Below, piece after piece: positions 1 through 9,104 of a stretch of 64,000 nucleotides of DNA. The stretch lies in IMG/VR virus record IMGVR_UViG_3300027754_000075, positions 1-64,000 of that record; one strand, 5' to 3'. Numbering within the stretch: the first letter of the stretch is position 1; the number at the start of each line of letters is the position of its first letter. The notes beneath the pieces were generated by a model that did not search any database, was not told the origin of the DNA, and was given only the letters and a program-made list of their open reading frames with translations. A program made the position numbers and the translations under genes. Source of the DNA: a virus.

Positions 1-11
1 GTCAAGGTATT

Positions 12-347
12 GTGAACAAAAACACTATTAAGAAGGGCAAAATGGAATCAGATTCAAAACAATCCGAAATTCTACCTTCTCAGTATGGGTGTGATATATT
101 ACTCGAAAAAACAAAATTAGAAGATACAAAAGATAAAACTTTTCCTCTTGATGCATATTTGGTTTGGTATGTGTCCGAAGGTAAAGAATATCTTGATCTC
201 TGCCGTGCGAGTAAACAGGTAAATATTTTTGATATGTATTATGATAAATACGGTCCAGGAGCACTTCAAAAGATTAAATATGGATATGGAACAATAAGTC
301 CCAGGTCGTGGGGATATAGAACACCAGAGAAGAAGAAAAAAAGATGA
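12..347 (+). CDS. conserved hypothetical phage protein
   Basis: 111-aa ORF (GTG start; ATG at 42 also possible) whose stop overlaps the next start (ATGA). Confidence 0.65.
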   Translation: MNKNTIKKGKMESDSKQSEILPSQYGCDILLEKTKLEDTKDKTFPLDAYLVWYVSEGKEYLDLCRASKQVNIFDMYYDKYGPGALQKIKYGYGTISPRSWGYRTPEKKKKR

Positions 348-535
348 CTGCGGGATTTGAAAACAATAAAGCAAAAGTAATTCTTGATGATGATGAAGTA
401 TCAAAACTCTTGAAAAAATATAAAAAAGTCAAGCAATATATGAAGTCTCCTCTTTTTGCTGTAAAAACAATGGACGGAACCGAGGCATATGTGAGTTCAT
501 TGATTAAAGAAGCACAAGAAGATCCGGTAGACTAA
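344..535 (+). CDS. hypothetical protein
   Basis: 63-aa ORF coupled to both neighbours (ATGA and TAATG overlaps). Confidence 0.65.
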   Translation: MTAGFENNKAKVILDDDEVSKLLKKYKKVKQYMKSPLFAVKTMDGTEAYVSSLIKEAQEDPVD

Positions 536-861
536 TGGGAAAGCACTACTTACTTAATCTGTATGGATGCTCGTTTGTTCTTTTGAATGACGAGCATTAT
601 CTTGTAAGGTTACTCGAAGAAGCAGCAGTTATAAGTGGTGCAACAGTTCTTCAAACAGTTTTTAAAAAATTTGATCCGCAAGGAGCAACTGTAATATGCC
701 TACTTTCAGAAAGTCATATTAGCATTCATACCTGGCCAGAAGAAGGAAAAGCAGCAGTAGATGTTTATACTTGTGGAGATTCCGATCCAAAATTGGGTTG
801 TGATATGATTATCTCACAACTTCACTCAACAAACCATACACTTTCTTACATAGAACGATGA
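535..861 (+). CDS. speD: S-adenosylmethionine decarboxylase proenzyme (class 1B)
   Basis: MGKHYLLNLYGC start, FDPQG, LLSESHISIHTWPE (ES-H pyruvoyl cleavage site), AVDVYTCG. Confidence 0.95.
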   Translation: MGKHYLLNLYGCSFVLLNDEHYLVRLLEEAAVISGATVLQTVFKKFDPQGATVICLLSESHISIHTWPEEGKAAVDVYTCGDSDPKLGCDMIISQLHSTNHTLSYIER

Positions 862-1571
862 CTCACGATACCGTCTTCATCTCAGATGTTCATTTAGGAA
901 CCGACCGATGTAATACTGATAAGTTTATCAAGTTTCTAAATCAACTTGATACAAAAAAACTTGTAATGGTCGGAGATATTATAGACATATATTGTATGGA
1001 AAAATATAATACTCTATGGAAAACTCAACACACAAAGGCAGTTGAAAAAATTCTAGAATTGTCCAGAAAAGGAACAGAAGTTGTTTATATTCTTGGTAAT
1101 CACGATGCAGTCGCAAGAAAATATGTAAATACTAGTTCTTCTTATTTACATCAAAATCTTATCATCTGTGATTCTTATATTCATCACAGCACAGAAAACA
1201 AAAAGTTTTTATGTATTCACGGGGATTTTTATTCTGAGTTCTCATCTGGTTCCTGGAAGCAATATTTTATGAACTGGGGATATGAAACAATCACACCTCT
1301 AAATATTTTTCTAAACAAGACTTTTGGGTTTTCTTTGATTAATTTTCTCAAATCAATTCCAAGAGGTAAAAAGTTTATTGATAAGTATGAAATGGATTTG
1401 ATACATCACGTAAGAAAAATTGGAGAATATGATGGTGTGATTGCCGGACATATTCATCACGCAAATATTCGTGAGTATCAAGGAACGACTTATATGTGTG
1501 CCGGAGATTGGACAGATACTTGCTCTGCACTTGTAGAAAAAGATGGTGTCTTTGAAATCATTAAATATTGA
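858..1571 (+). CDS. calcineurin-like metallophosphoesterase, UDP-2,3-diacylglucosamine hydrolase / PlcP-like
   Basis: Complete metal-binding motif set: FISDVHLG, VGDIID, LGNHD, IHGD, AGHIHH, AGDW. Confidence 0.85.
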   Translation: MTHDTVFISDVHLGTDRCNTDKFIKFLNQLDTKKLVMVGDIIDIYCMEKYNTLWKTQHTKAVEKILELSRKGTEVVYILGNHDAVARKYVNTSSSYLHQNLIICDSYIHHSTENKKFLCIHGDFYSEFSSGSWKQYFMNWGYETITPLNIFLNKTFGFSLINFLKSIPRGKKFIDKYEMDLIHHVRKIGEYDGVIAGHIHHANIREYQGTTYMCAGDWTDTCSALVEKDGVFEIIKY

Positions 1572-1573
1572 AC

Positions 1574-1602
1574 TTGACATCTCTTCTGCTTTCTTCTATA
1601 AT
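1574..1602 (+). promoter_or_regulatory. consensus sigma70-type (early) promoter
   Basis: TTGACA (1574-1579), 17-nt spacer, TATAAT (1597-1602). Confidence 0.85.
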
Positions 1603-1625
1603 ATCTTTGCTACAGATGAAAACCT

Positions 1626-1793
1626 ATGAATCAAGATAAACTTAAAATCATTATTAAAAATCTGGAACTTCTGGTCGATTCCTTAAAGGCAGAAGTATAT
1701 TCAAGTCCAGAATCTTATGCATATGAAGCAGTTGCTCCACGTATTGGAGACATAGATGATTACGATGAGATTTTTGAGGATGATGACGACTAA
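1626..1793 (+). CDS. small acidic-tailed hypothetical protein (not in ORF track)
   Basis: 55 aa MNQDKLKIIIKNLELLVDSLKAEVYS...YDEIFEDDDD, directly after the promoter; TAATG overlap with the next ORF. Confidence 0.75.
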   Translation: MNQDKLKIIIKNLELLVDSLKAEVYSSPESYAYEAVAPRIGDIDDYDEIFEDDDD

Positions 1794-1972
1794 TGAGATA
1801 TAAAGAAACTATTCGTCTGGTAAAAGAGGCACTGGATAATCCAAGTCTTTATAGTGAAGAAGAGATTATCTATATGAAAAAGGCACTTGATAATGCGATT
1901 CTTTCACTTGCCCGTAAAAAATATAACAAAAAGCAAAAAGGATTTGGTAATTATGAAAACCCCGACAGTTAA
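1793..1972 (+). CDS. small hypothetical protein (not in ORF track)
   Basis: 59 aa MRYKETIRLVKEALDNPSLYSEEEI...KGFGNYENPDS; overlaps the thyX start. Confidence 0.7.
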   Translation: MRYKETIRLVKEALDNPSLYSEEEIIYMKKALDNAILSLARKKYNKKQKGFGNYENPDS

Positions 1973-2645
1973 ATTAGTTTCTGTAACTCCAAACGCAGAA
2001 AAACATATTGCATATTGTGCTCGTGTCAGTAATCCAAAAAATCAATTCAATAATTCTTCTGAAGGATTGTTAAAGTATTGTATTCAAAATCAACACTGGA
2101 GTATTTTTGAACACGCATTTCTAACAGTAGAAATCAATACTTCACTTGCGATTGCGACACAAATTCTTCGTCATCGTAGTTTCACCTTTCAGCAGTTCTC
2201 ACAGAGATATGCTGACAGCACAGAATTACAAGTAAAACTTCCAGTTCCAGAATTGCGAAGGCAGGATACCAAAAATCGTCAGAACTCAACCGATGATTTA
2301 CCGGCAGATTTGAGTATTTATTTTCAGACCCGAATTGAAGACCATTTCAAGGAAGCAATTTTACTTTATCAGGGAATGTTGGATGCCGGTGTCGCAAAGG
2401 AATGTGCCCGTTTTGTGCTCCCACAGGCAACCCAGACACGTCTTTATATGAGTGGGAGTATAAGGTCTTGGATACATTACATCGACCTTCGTAGTGCTCA
2501 CGGAACCCAGGCAGAGCACAAGGAAATCGCAGAGGCAATTCGTTGTATCTTTACCTGCCAATTTCCGACAATCTCCTCTGCTCTCAACTGGACTCGTGAG
2601 AATTGTAACCCTTGCGAGTATCAGAGCGCAATCACACTAGAATAA
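1953..2645 (+). CDS. thyX: flavin-dependent thymidylate synthase ThyX
   Basis: HWSIFEH, QILRHRSFTFQQFSQRY (RHRx7S motif), ECARFVLP, SWIHYIDLR. Start reassigned to ATG 1953. Confidence 0.95.
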   Translation: MKTPTVKLVSVTPNAEKHIAYCARVSNPKNQFNNSSEGLLKYCIQNQHWSIFEHAFLTVEINTSLAIATQILRHRSFTFQQFSQRYADSTELQVKLPVPELRRQDTKNRQNSTDDLPADLSIYFQTRIEDHFKEAILLYQGMLDAGVAKECARFVLPQATQTRLYMSGSIRSWIHYIDLRSAHGTQAEHKEIAEAIRCIFTCQFPTISSALNWTRENCNPCEYQSAITLE

Positions 2646-2648
2646 ATA
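2642..2648 (+). promoter_or_regulatory. T4-type late promoter core (ATAAATA)
   Basis: ATAAATA about 25 nt upstream of ATG 2672. Confidence 0.55.
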
Positions 2649-2671
2649 CCTCTGTATATTATTTGTAAAGA

Positions 2672-2914
2672 ATGGCAACTTATCCAATTGTAAATAAAGA
2701 AACGGGTGAAAAACAGGTGATTGAAATGAGTGTTCATGATATCACTGAATGGTATGAAAATCATCCAGAGTGGCAAAGAGATTGGTCAGAAGGATGTGCT
2801 TCTGGTGTAGAACTTGGTGAATGGATGGATACACTTGTGAAGAAAAAACCTGGATGGAATGAAGTTTTAGATCGTGCATCAAAGGCTCCTGGGTCTAAAG
2901 TAAAACCAATCTAA
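2672..2914 (+). CDS. conserved hypothetical T4-like phage protein
   Basis: 80 aa MATYPIVNKETGE...GWNEVL..ASKAPGS directly upstream of phoH. Confidence 0.75.
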   Translation: MATYPIVNKETGEKQVIEMSVHDITEWYENHPEWQRDWSEGCASGVELGEWMDTLVKKKPGWNEVLDRASKAPGSKVKPI

Positions 2915-2920
2915 AAAAGA

Positions 2921-3682
2921 ATGACAAGAAAAAGAAGAAGCAACAACGATTACCAACCCATCGGGGCTGGTCTTACTTCCAAGCAAGTAAAAAGAAAAAA
3001 ACCAATCAATTCAGAATTACTTTTAAATATTGAACCACTTACAGAAAATCAAAGAAATTTATTTACTTTGTATGATGAAGGAAAACATTTGGTTGCTCAT
3101 GGTGTTGCTGGTTCAGGAAAAACTTTTCTATGCCTCTTCAAGGCACTTCAAGATGTTCTAAATGAATATACACCATATGAAAAAATTTATATTGTAAGGT
3201 CTCTTGTACCCACTCGTGAAATTGGATTTCTTCCTGGAAGCCACGAAGACAAATCATCACTATACCAAATACCATACAAAAATATGGTAAAGTATATGTT
3301 CCAGATGCCAAGTGATGCTGACTTTGAAATGCTCTATGGTAATTTAAAATCTCAAGAAACAATTAGTTTTTGGAGCACTTCATTTATCCGTGGAACAACT
3401 CTGGATAATTGTATTATTATAGTCGATGAATTGGAAAATTTGAATTTTCACGAACTTGATAGTATAATTACTCGTGTTGGTGAGAATACTAAAATTCTCT
3501 TCTGTGGTGATGCATCTCAAAGTGATTTGGTGAGATTAAATGAAAAAAATGGTGTGATTGATTTTATGAAAATTATTCGTTCGATGCCATCATTTGGAAT
3601 TGTTGAGTTTGGTGTTGATGATGTCATAAGGTCTGGATTAATTAAAGAATATCTTATTGCAAAAATGGAACTTAATTTATGA
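2921..3682 (+). CDS. phoH: PhoH-like ATPase
   Basis: Walker A GVAGSGKT, RSLVPTREIGFLPG, FIRGTTL, IIVDE, GDASQSDL. Confidence 0.95.
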   Translation: MTRKRRSNNDYQPIGAGLTSKQVKRKKPINSELLLNIEPLTENQRNLFTLYDEGKHLVAHGVAGSGKTFLCLFKALQDVLNEYTPYEKIYIVRSLVPTREIGFLPGSHEDKSSLYQIPYKNMVKYMFQMPSDADFEMLYGNLKSQETISFWSTSFIRGTTLDNCIIIVDELENLNFHELDSIITRVGENTKILFCGDASQSDLVRLNEKNGVIDFMKIIRSMPSFGIVEFGVDDVIRSGLIKEYLIAKMELNL

Positions 3683-4362
3683 CATTTATTCATCATAATT
3701 TTTTAGGTGATCTTGAACTAGAAAAGAAAGAAACAAATGGTATTCGTCTGTATCATCTTCCTGATGGTCAGTGGGTACCATCGATTACTTCTGTGACTTC
3801 TTTTTATAATCGTGAGATTTTTGTTAAGTGGAGAAAACGTATAGGACTCGAAGAAGCAAATCGGATTACAAAAAGAGCAACCGCACGAGGAACTGATTTT
3901 CACCAGGTCTGTCAGGACTATTTGGAAAATAAGGAACTGAACTGGGACGATTATCAACCCCTCTCAAAGTTTATGTTCTATCATGCCAAACCAGAACTTG
4001 ATAAGATAAATAATATTCATGCGATTGAAAGAACTCTTTACTCTGAATATCTTGGACTTGCCGGAAGAGTCGATTGTATTGGAGAATATGATGGAGAACT
4101 TGCCGTTATAGACTTTAAGACTTCCGAAAAGATTAAACCTGAAGAATGGCTTGAAAACTATTTTGTTCAGGAGATGTTTTATGCCTCCGCATACTTTGAA
4201 CTTACTGAAATTGCCCCGGTTAAGTTGATTACCATTATGGTCACTCCTGGTGGAGAAGTGAAGGTATTTGACAAAAGAAACAAAGGGGATTATATTAAGT
4301 TATTAGTTCGTTACATCAAAGAATTTGTACATCACAATATTGGGGCAAAGAATGGAGAATGA
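3679..4362 (+). CDS. PD-(D/E)XK exonuclease of T4-like phages
   Basis: PSITSV, RGTDFH, LAGRVDCI, IDFKTS motifs. Confidence 0.85.
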   Translation: MTFIHHNFLGDLELEKKETNGIRLYHLPDGQWVPSITSVTSFYNREIFVKWRKRIGLEEANRITKRATARGTDFHQVCQDYLENKELNWDDYQPLSKFMFYHAKPELDKINNIHAIERTLYSEYLGLAGRVDCIGEYDGELAVIDFKTSEKIKPEEWLENYFVQEMFYASAYFELTEIAPVKLITIMVTPGGEVKVFDKRNKGDYIKLLVRYIKEFVHHNIGAKNGE

Positions 4363-4609
4363 ATTAGAAAAGGTACTCGAAAGTAAATTCTATTGTCCAA
4401 ATAAGTTCGCACAAGAGATTGAAGATCTTGTTCTGACTCATGGAGATATGAATTATATTGATGCAATTGTATACTTTTGTGAAAAAAATAGTCTCGATGT
4501 TGAGTCGATACCTAAACTCATATCAAAACCACTGAAAGAGAAGATTAAGTATGAGGCAACGGAACTTAATTTTCTCAAAAAGACATCTCGTGCCAAATTA
4601 GTATTTTAA
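4352..4609 (+). CDS. gp33: late-transcription coactivator gp33
   Basis: FAQEIE, YIDAIVYFCE, KLISKPLKEKIKYEATELNFLK; position before gp59. Confidence 0.88.
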   Translation: MENELEKVLESKFYCPNKFAQEIEDLVLTHGDMNYIDAIVYFCEKNSLDVESIPKLISKPLKEKIKYEATELNFLKKTSRAKLVF

Positions 4610-4669
4610 TTCCATTTTGAGGGGTAAAAATTTCCCGGCAAAAAATTGCCCCTATTACTTTTTTTGAAA

Positions 4670-5266
4670 ATGACTCCCTTTGACTGCTATAAAACCTATC
4701 TGGCACTCAAAAATCATTTTACAAAAGATTCTTATGATTATTACAAATATTGTAAAAAGACCAGAGCATCACTAGAGTCGTTTTATAAGAGACGTGATCG
4801 TTTTTGGTTTGAAAAGATATCCAGACAAAGAACAGATAAAGAAATTGAAGATTTTTTTATCTCAAATTTTGTTTCTTGTAATGACTCTGAATCCTTATGG
4901 ATCGGTGAGATAATAAAAACAGGAGATCAAAATTACAAGGAATGGCAAAGAAAAATTCAGTCACTTTCATATCTTTTCAAAGAAGAATGTGAAAGTTTAT
5001 TTGCCGAGTATAATTTTAAGAAAGTATTTGAGTGCTCCAAGGGGCATCCACCTCTTCTCAAAAAGTTCCTGAGTGGGAAATTAAGCCTTGAAACTATGGT
5101 AATCTGTGATAAAATATTCCTGTACGGGAATGACTTTGATAAGAAACTTAAAGATCCTGTATGGGAAACTATGAGTCGGAGAATCAAAAAATACTCTCCA
5201 TTCCTACATATAGATGTATCTCATTATAAGAAAATTTTGAAAGATATTATTTTTGGAGGAAAATGA
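4670..5266 (+). CDS. gp59: loader of the gp41 helicase (gp59)
   Basis: YKTYLALKNHF, YDYYKY, SFYKRRDRFWFEK, SLETMV, IKKYSPF. Confidence 0.9.
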   Translation: MTPFDCYKTYLALKNHFTKDSYDYYKYCKKTRASLESFYKRRDRFWFEKISRQRTDKEIEDFFISNFVSCNDSESLWIGEIIKTGDQNYKEWQRKIQSLSYLFKEECESLFAEYNFKKVFECSKGHPPLLKKFLSGKLSLETMVICDKIFLYGNDFDKKLKDPVWETMSRRIKKYSPFLHIDVSHYKKILKDIIFGGK

Positions 5267-5607
5267 ATTTTTTTAAATCTGATATTGTTCGTTCTGAAAT
5301 GGCAGAAATTGCAGAACTTCAACAAAGTGTTTATAATAATGTCTTTAAGTTTCATTTGATGGATCGTGATGAAAAAATATCTCACGTAAATCTTCTTGAA
5401 AAACTTTTAGATAAGCAAAGAACAATTTATACTCGTCTAAGTTTATCTGATGCCCCAGAGGCAAAGGAAATGAAATCACGGATTTCTGAATCCGCATCGG
5501 CAATGGGACTTCCTTCTGGTGTAGATATGAATGTGATTTTTGGAAATCTTGCAAAAATGCTTGATAAAATGAAAGATCAGATTGACAGAACTGGTTCAGA
5601 TCTGTAG
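5263..5607 (+). CDS. conserved cyanophage-type protein (DUF1825-like)
   Basis: FFKSDIVR, LLDKQRTIYTRLSLSDAPEAKEM; lies between gp59 and gp32. Confidence 0.7.
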   Translation: MNFFKSDIVRSEMAEIAELQQSVYNNVFKFHLMDRDEKISHVNLLEKLLDKQRTIYTRLSLSDAPEAKEMKSRISESASAMGLPSGVDMNVIFGNLAKMLDKMKDQIDRTGSDL

Positions 5608-5610
5608 AAT
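5582..5610 (+). promoter_or_regulatory. sigma70-type promoter for gp32
   Basis: TTGACA (5582-5587), 17 nt, TAGAAT (5605-5610). Confidence 0.75.
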
Positions 5611-5678
5611 ATATTGGGCTGGATGATCCCTAAGCAAAGTCACAAAAGCCAAATCTCACAAATATGAGGAAAAATCAA

Positions 5679-6605
5679 ATGTCATTTGAAAATCTAAAAA
5701 AGCAATCTAAACTTGGTTCTTTGACTTCTAAACTGGTCAAAGAAGTTGAGAAGATGAGTTCCACCTCAAGTGGTGCTGATGAACGTCTCTGGAAACCCGA
5801 AGTTGATAAAACTGGTAATGGTTTCGCAGTGATTCGTTTTCTACCTGCCCCTGATGGTGAGGAACTTCCCTGGGCAAAGATGTATTCACACGCATTTCAA
5901 GGACCTGGTGGATGGTATATTGAAAACTCACTGACGACTATTGGTGGTAAAGATCCTCTTGGAGAACACAACCGAGATCTGTGGAATACAGGAACCGAAT
6001 CAAATAAGGAAACTGTTCGTAAGCAAAAACGTAAGTTGTCATATTACTCTAACATATATGTTGTAAAGGATCCCACAAACCCTCAGAATGAAGGTAAAGT
6101 ATTTCTGTTTAAGTATGGAAAGAAAATCTTTGATAAGATTATGGAAGCAATGCAACCAGAATTTGAGGACGAATCACCAATCAATCCTTTTGATCTATGG
6201 CAAGGAGCAAACTTCAAACTGAAGATCGTTAAGAAGGATGGTTATTGGAATTATGATAAGTCCGAGTTCGGACCATCTGAACCTTTATTGAGTGATGATG
6301 ATGCGATGGAAGCACTCTGGAAGAAAGAGTATTCTCTGGCAGCAGTCACCGCACCAGATCAATTCAAGTCCTATGAAGAACTTGAAAAACGTCTGAAAAT
6401 GGTACTTGGACAGAAACCAACAAATCGTCGTATGGATGAGGAAGTTGAAGACGAGGATAATGATCGTGGATCATATACTCCAGATTTCAAGAGTTCTCAT
6501 CGTGAATCTCAACCCGATGAAATCAAAGAAACATTCAATTCTTTGGATTCCTCAAGTGAAGACGAAGACGATGCCCTCTCATATTTTCAAAAATTAGCAG
6601 AATAA
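5679..6605 (+). CDS. gp32: single-stranded DNA-binding protein gp32
   Basis: DERLWKP, GNGFAVIRFLP, WYIENSLTT, YGKKIFDKI, NYDKSEF, acidic C-terminal tail. Confidence 0.95.
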   Translation: MSFENLKKQSKLGSLTSKLVKEVEKMSSTSSGADERLWKPEVDKTGNGFAVIRFLPAPDGEELPWAKMYSHAFQGPGGWYIENSLTTIGGKDPLGEHNRDLWNTGTESNKETVRKQKRKLSYYSNIYVVKDPTNPQNEGKVFLFKYGKKIFDKIMEAMQPEFEDESPINPFDLWQGANFKLKIVKKDGYWNYDKSEFGPSEPLLSDDDAMEALWKKEYSLAAVTAPDQFKSYEELEKRLKMVLGQKPTNRRMDEEVEDEDNDRGSYTPDFKSSHRESQPDEIKETFNSLDSSSEDEDDALSYFQKLAE

Positions 6606-6607
6606 AA

Positions 6608-7279
6608 TCAAATGTAAAGTCTGATATTATCACCACGTTTAAGGTCTTCACGAATATATTGTGAAGACCCTTTTTTGTATGGCATAATATTATCCATATC
6701 ATTAACCACAATATTCAAGTATGTTGGTTTGAGTAAGAAAATATTTCTTTTTGCATCTTCTAGTTTAATCTCATAATCATAGTTTGTGATTGGAGTTGCA
6801 ATATTTCCGGTTTCTATCTGAGAATCTATAAAGTAATCATAATAACTTACTGAATATGGAGAACTTACTTCAAGACCCGAAGGAACAATCGTAACTCCCT
6901 GACTGTTTTTAATTTCTGAAGTTTCATAGTGATGAATGCCATTATAAAGAACATCATAATCACCATATTTTTCAACCAAATAACGATCTAAATCATCTTG
7001 TAGAAGAGGCCATTCTGATTGAATATTAACGATATTGTTTGATAGTAAAATCACCCAATCAAGAGTTGACTCACCATAAAAATCTTCTGCAACATTATCA
7101 GGACGATCATTTCCTTGTATTTGATATTTCTCAAAAAATGCAAGTTCCTGAAAAATATCAGGACGAAGACTTCCTTTCTTAAATAAATTTTTGACTTGTA
7201 TATAGTCTGATATGTTCTTGGATTCTGCAATCCGACTTACATATTCAAAGTTAGGAACCTGACGGAAATAAGATGCCAT
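6608..7279 (-). CDS. gp53: baseplate wedge subunit gp53 (LysM-like)
   Basis: YFRQVPN, DRPDNVAEDFYG..DWVILLSNNI...EWP, IHHYET. Confidence 0.88.
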   Translation of the reverse strand: MASYFRQVPNFEYVSRIAESKNISDYIQVKNLFKKGSLRPDIFQELAFFEKYQIQGNDRPDNVAEDFYGESTLDWVILLSNNIVNIQSEWPLLQDDLDRYLVEKYGDYDVLYNGIHHYETSEIKNSQGVTIVPSGLEVSSPYSVSYYDYFIDSQIETGNIATPITNYDYEIKLEDAKRNIFLLKPTYLNIVVNDMDNIMPYKKGSSQYIREDLKRGDNIRLYI

Positions 7280-7280
7280 T

Positions 7281-8642
7281 TTAGTAACCTATATTTGTAA
7301 ATGGTAGTGCATCTTGTTTGTCTACACCATCAAAATCTTTATCATAATCATCATCAAAGATTGGTTCAAGTTCATTAAAACTAAGTGAAAGTTCATATGC
7401 AGTCATAGATCTTCCACCTGGATCGGAATCGTCATAACTCATATATTGACCATCAGGAGTATAGTTTACACTACAATTGGTAAGAGCACATTCTTTAAAA
7501 CGATTTAGATATGGATGATCTTTTGTCGATGTTAAATAACTAATTCTAAAAGTATGTGGTGCCTTTAAAAGAAGAACAGATTCACTTCTTTTTACCGACA
7601 TTGCTTGTTTAAAAGTTCTTATAATGGACCTTACCTCTTGAGCCTCTTTTTTTGATCTCGGAGTCATTTTAAAACTGAAAGAAAACTCTCTAAGTGAAGG
7701 TCCTTCAAAAAGAAGTTCTAAACTTGGATTTACTGCCAATCCACTCAATCTTGAAAGGAGATTATTAGTACCTAGAGCCGCTTCTAATGACTTTGCTTTA
7801 ACAAGTTCTCCCAACATACTCTTACCATCTTTACCCATAATGAGATCTATATCATTTTTAGCAGCATCAGTAGCCCCTTTTGCACCACCCTCAAGAAAAC
7901 CTAAAGCAGCACCAGAAACTGTTTGTACTGCTAAATCAAGAGAGCCGGCGCCCCAAGAGACATTATTTCTATCGGATATTCCTCCACTGGGCATCGGCAA
8001 AAAGATTGATGATAAGAGTGTTCTCCCTGTTCCAGAATTTGTTCTAAGAGTTGGATTTTGGTTTGATAGACCTAATCTGCTTGCTTTATATTCAATAATT
8101 TGAAATTTTATACAATCTTGTAATTCAGCATTCATGTTTACTGGATACTTTAAGTTTTTTGGATAATCTTTTCTACCTTTATATTTTCCTGCTGCTCCTT
8201 CCAACTTATCAATTCCTGCTTGGTCTATGTTGCCTCCTTCTGCTGGTTTATTTGGAATAGTCGGACTACCAGGTGATATTAATTGTTGTGATGAATTGTC
8301 ATCTAAACCACCCCTTTGTGCGGTGATTTTTGCATTACCTTTAACTGTGGTTTGCCCAACAACACTTTTAAAATATTTTTCTTCATTTCTTGTACTTCCC
8401 GGAGTTATCTCAATAGGTTTACCTGGTGTGATTACTCCGACAGTTCTATCTGCAGATGATCCCTGTAAAGATCCACTGGCATTTGGACTTTTTATTGTTA
8501 TCTGCCCCTTGTTCGGACCATCTGCCTCAACTATAGTATAATACTTACCATCACCAAGATTACTATCTGTTTCTACTCCATTTATTTTGTATTTTTTGGG
8601 GGGTATGAATAAATTTTGATCTCTAGATCCATAAGTTGCCAT
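7281..8642 (-). CDS. gp48: baseplate tail-tube cap gp48
   Basis: NPSLELLFEGPSLREFSFSFKMTPRS..EA, CALTNCSVNYTPDG, LSFNELEP. Confidence 0.85.
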   Translation of the reverse strand: MATYGSRDQNLFIPPKKYKINGVETDSNLGDGKYYTIVEADGPNKGQITIKSPNASGSLQGSSADRTVGVITPGKPIEITPGSTRNEEKYFKSVVGQTTVKGNAKITAQRGGLDDNSSQQLISPGSPTIPNKPAEGGNIDQAGIDKLEGAAGKYKGRKDYPKNLKYPVNMNAELQDCIKFQIIEYKASRLGLSNQNPTLRTNSGTGRTLLSSIFLPMPSGGISDRNNVSWGAGSLDLAVQTVSGAALGFLEGGAKGATDAAKNDIDLIMGKDGKSMLGELVKAKSLEAALGTNNLLSRLSGLAVNPSLELLFEGPSLREFSFSFKMTPRSKKEAQEVRSIIRTFKQAMSVKRSESVLLLKAPHTFRISYLTSTKDHPYLNRFKECALTNCSVNYTPDGQYMSYDDSDPGGRSMTAYELSLSFNELEPIFDDDYDKDFDGVDKQDALPFTNIGY

Positions 8643-8707
8643 TAGAATACCTCCACACTAATGAAGGTGTTTAAAATATATGTCTTCTCTCTTCTAAACA
8701 TAGACAT
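8642..8707 (-). CDS. putative 21-aa leader ORF coupled to gp48
   Basis: MSMFRREKTYILNTFISVEVF; stop overlaps gp48 ATG (TAATG); follows an ATAAATA late-promoter-like motif. Confidence 0.3.
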   Translation of the reverse strand: MSMFRREKTYILNTFISVEVF

Positions 8708-8714
8708 AAGAGTT

Positions 8715-9104
8715 TTATTTATTTAGACGGAATTTTGCATAAGGTATAGAGAGCATCTCATCCAACTCATCATATTTAATCACATAAAGTTTTCCAATAA
8801 CTTCTTCCCAGGTATATTGCCTTGATTTTCTCCAGTGAAAGTTCATTCCTCTAAACCCCCACCTTTCCAGTGAAGTACAGGCAATCAGTGGATGTTGATC
8901 GTATTGTATTTTTGGAGTTTTAGCTCTATAAACAAACGTATAAAACTTTCCTGGTTCTGGATATAATACTTCTTCTTTTAAAACATCCATAATCTCAATC
9001 ATCAGGTCTTCTGGATCACTACTACCAGACTTCTTGATTTTTTTTCTCAATTCTGCCATTCTGGGAGGAATTTTCCCCACATATTGACCAAATCCTTCTG
9101 CCAT
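8715..9104 (-). CDS. gp2: DNA end protector gp2-like protein
   Basis: PGKFYTFVY.AKT, YDQHPLI, GFRGMNFHW; adjacent to gp4. Confidence 0.65.
   Translation of the reverse strand: MAEGFGQYVGKIPPRMAELRKKIKKSGSSDPEDLMIEIMDVLKEEVLYPEPGKFYTFVYRAKTPKIQYDQHPLIACTSLERWGFRGMNFHWRKSRQYTWEEVIGKLYVIKYDELDEMLSIPYAKFRLNK

Noticed and set aside
1887-1952. Upstream extensions given by the ORF track (thyX, gp33, gp59, 41096, 41742, 43517)
   Set aside because: They overlap neighbouring genes or a hairpin; downstream ATGs fit operon packing and domain starts better.
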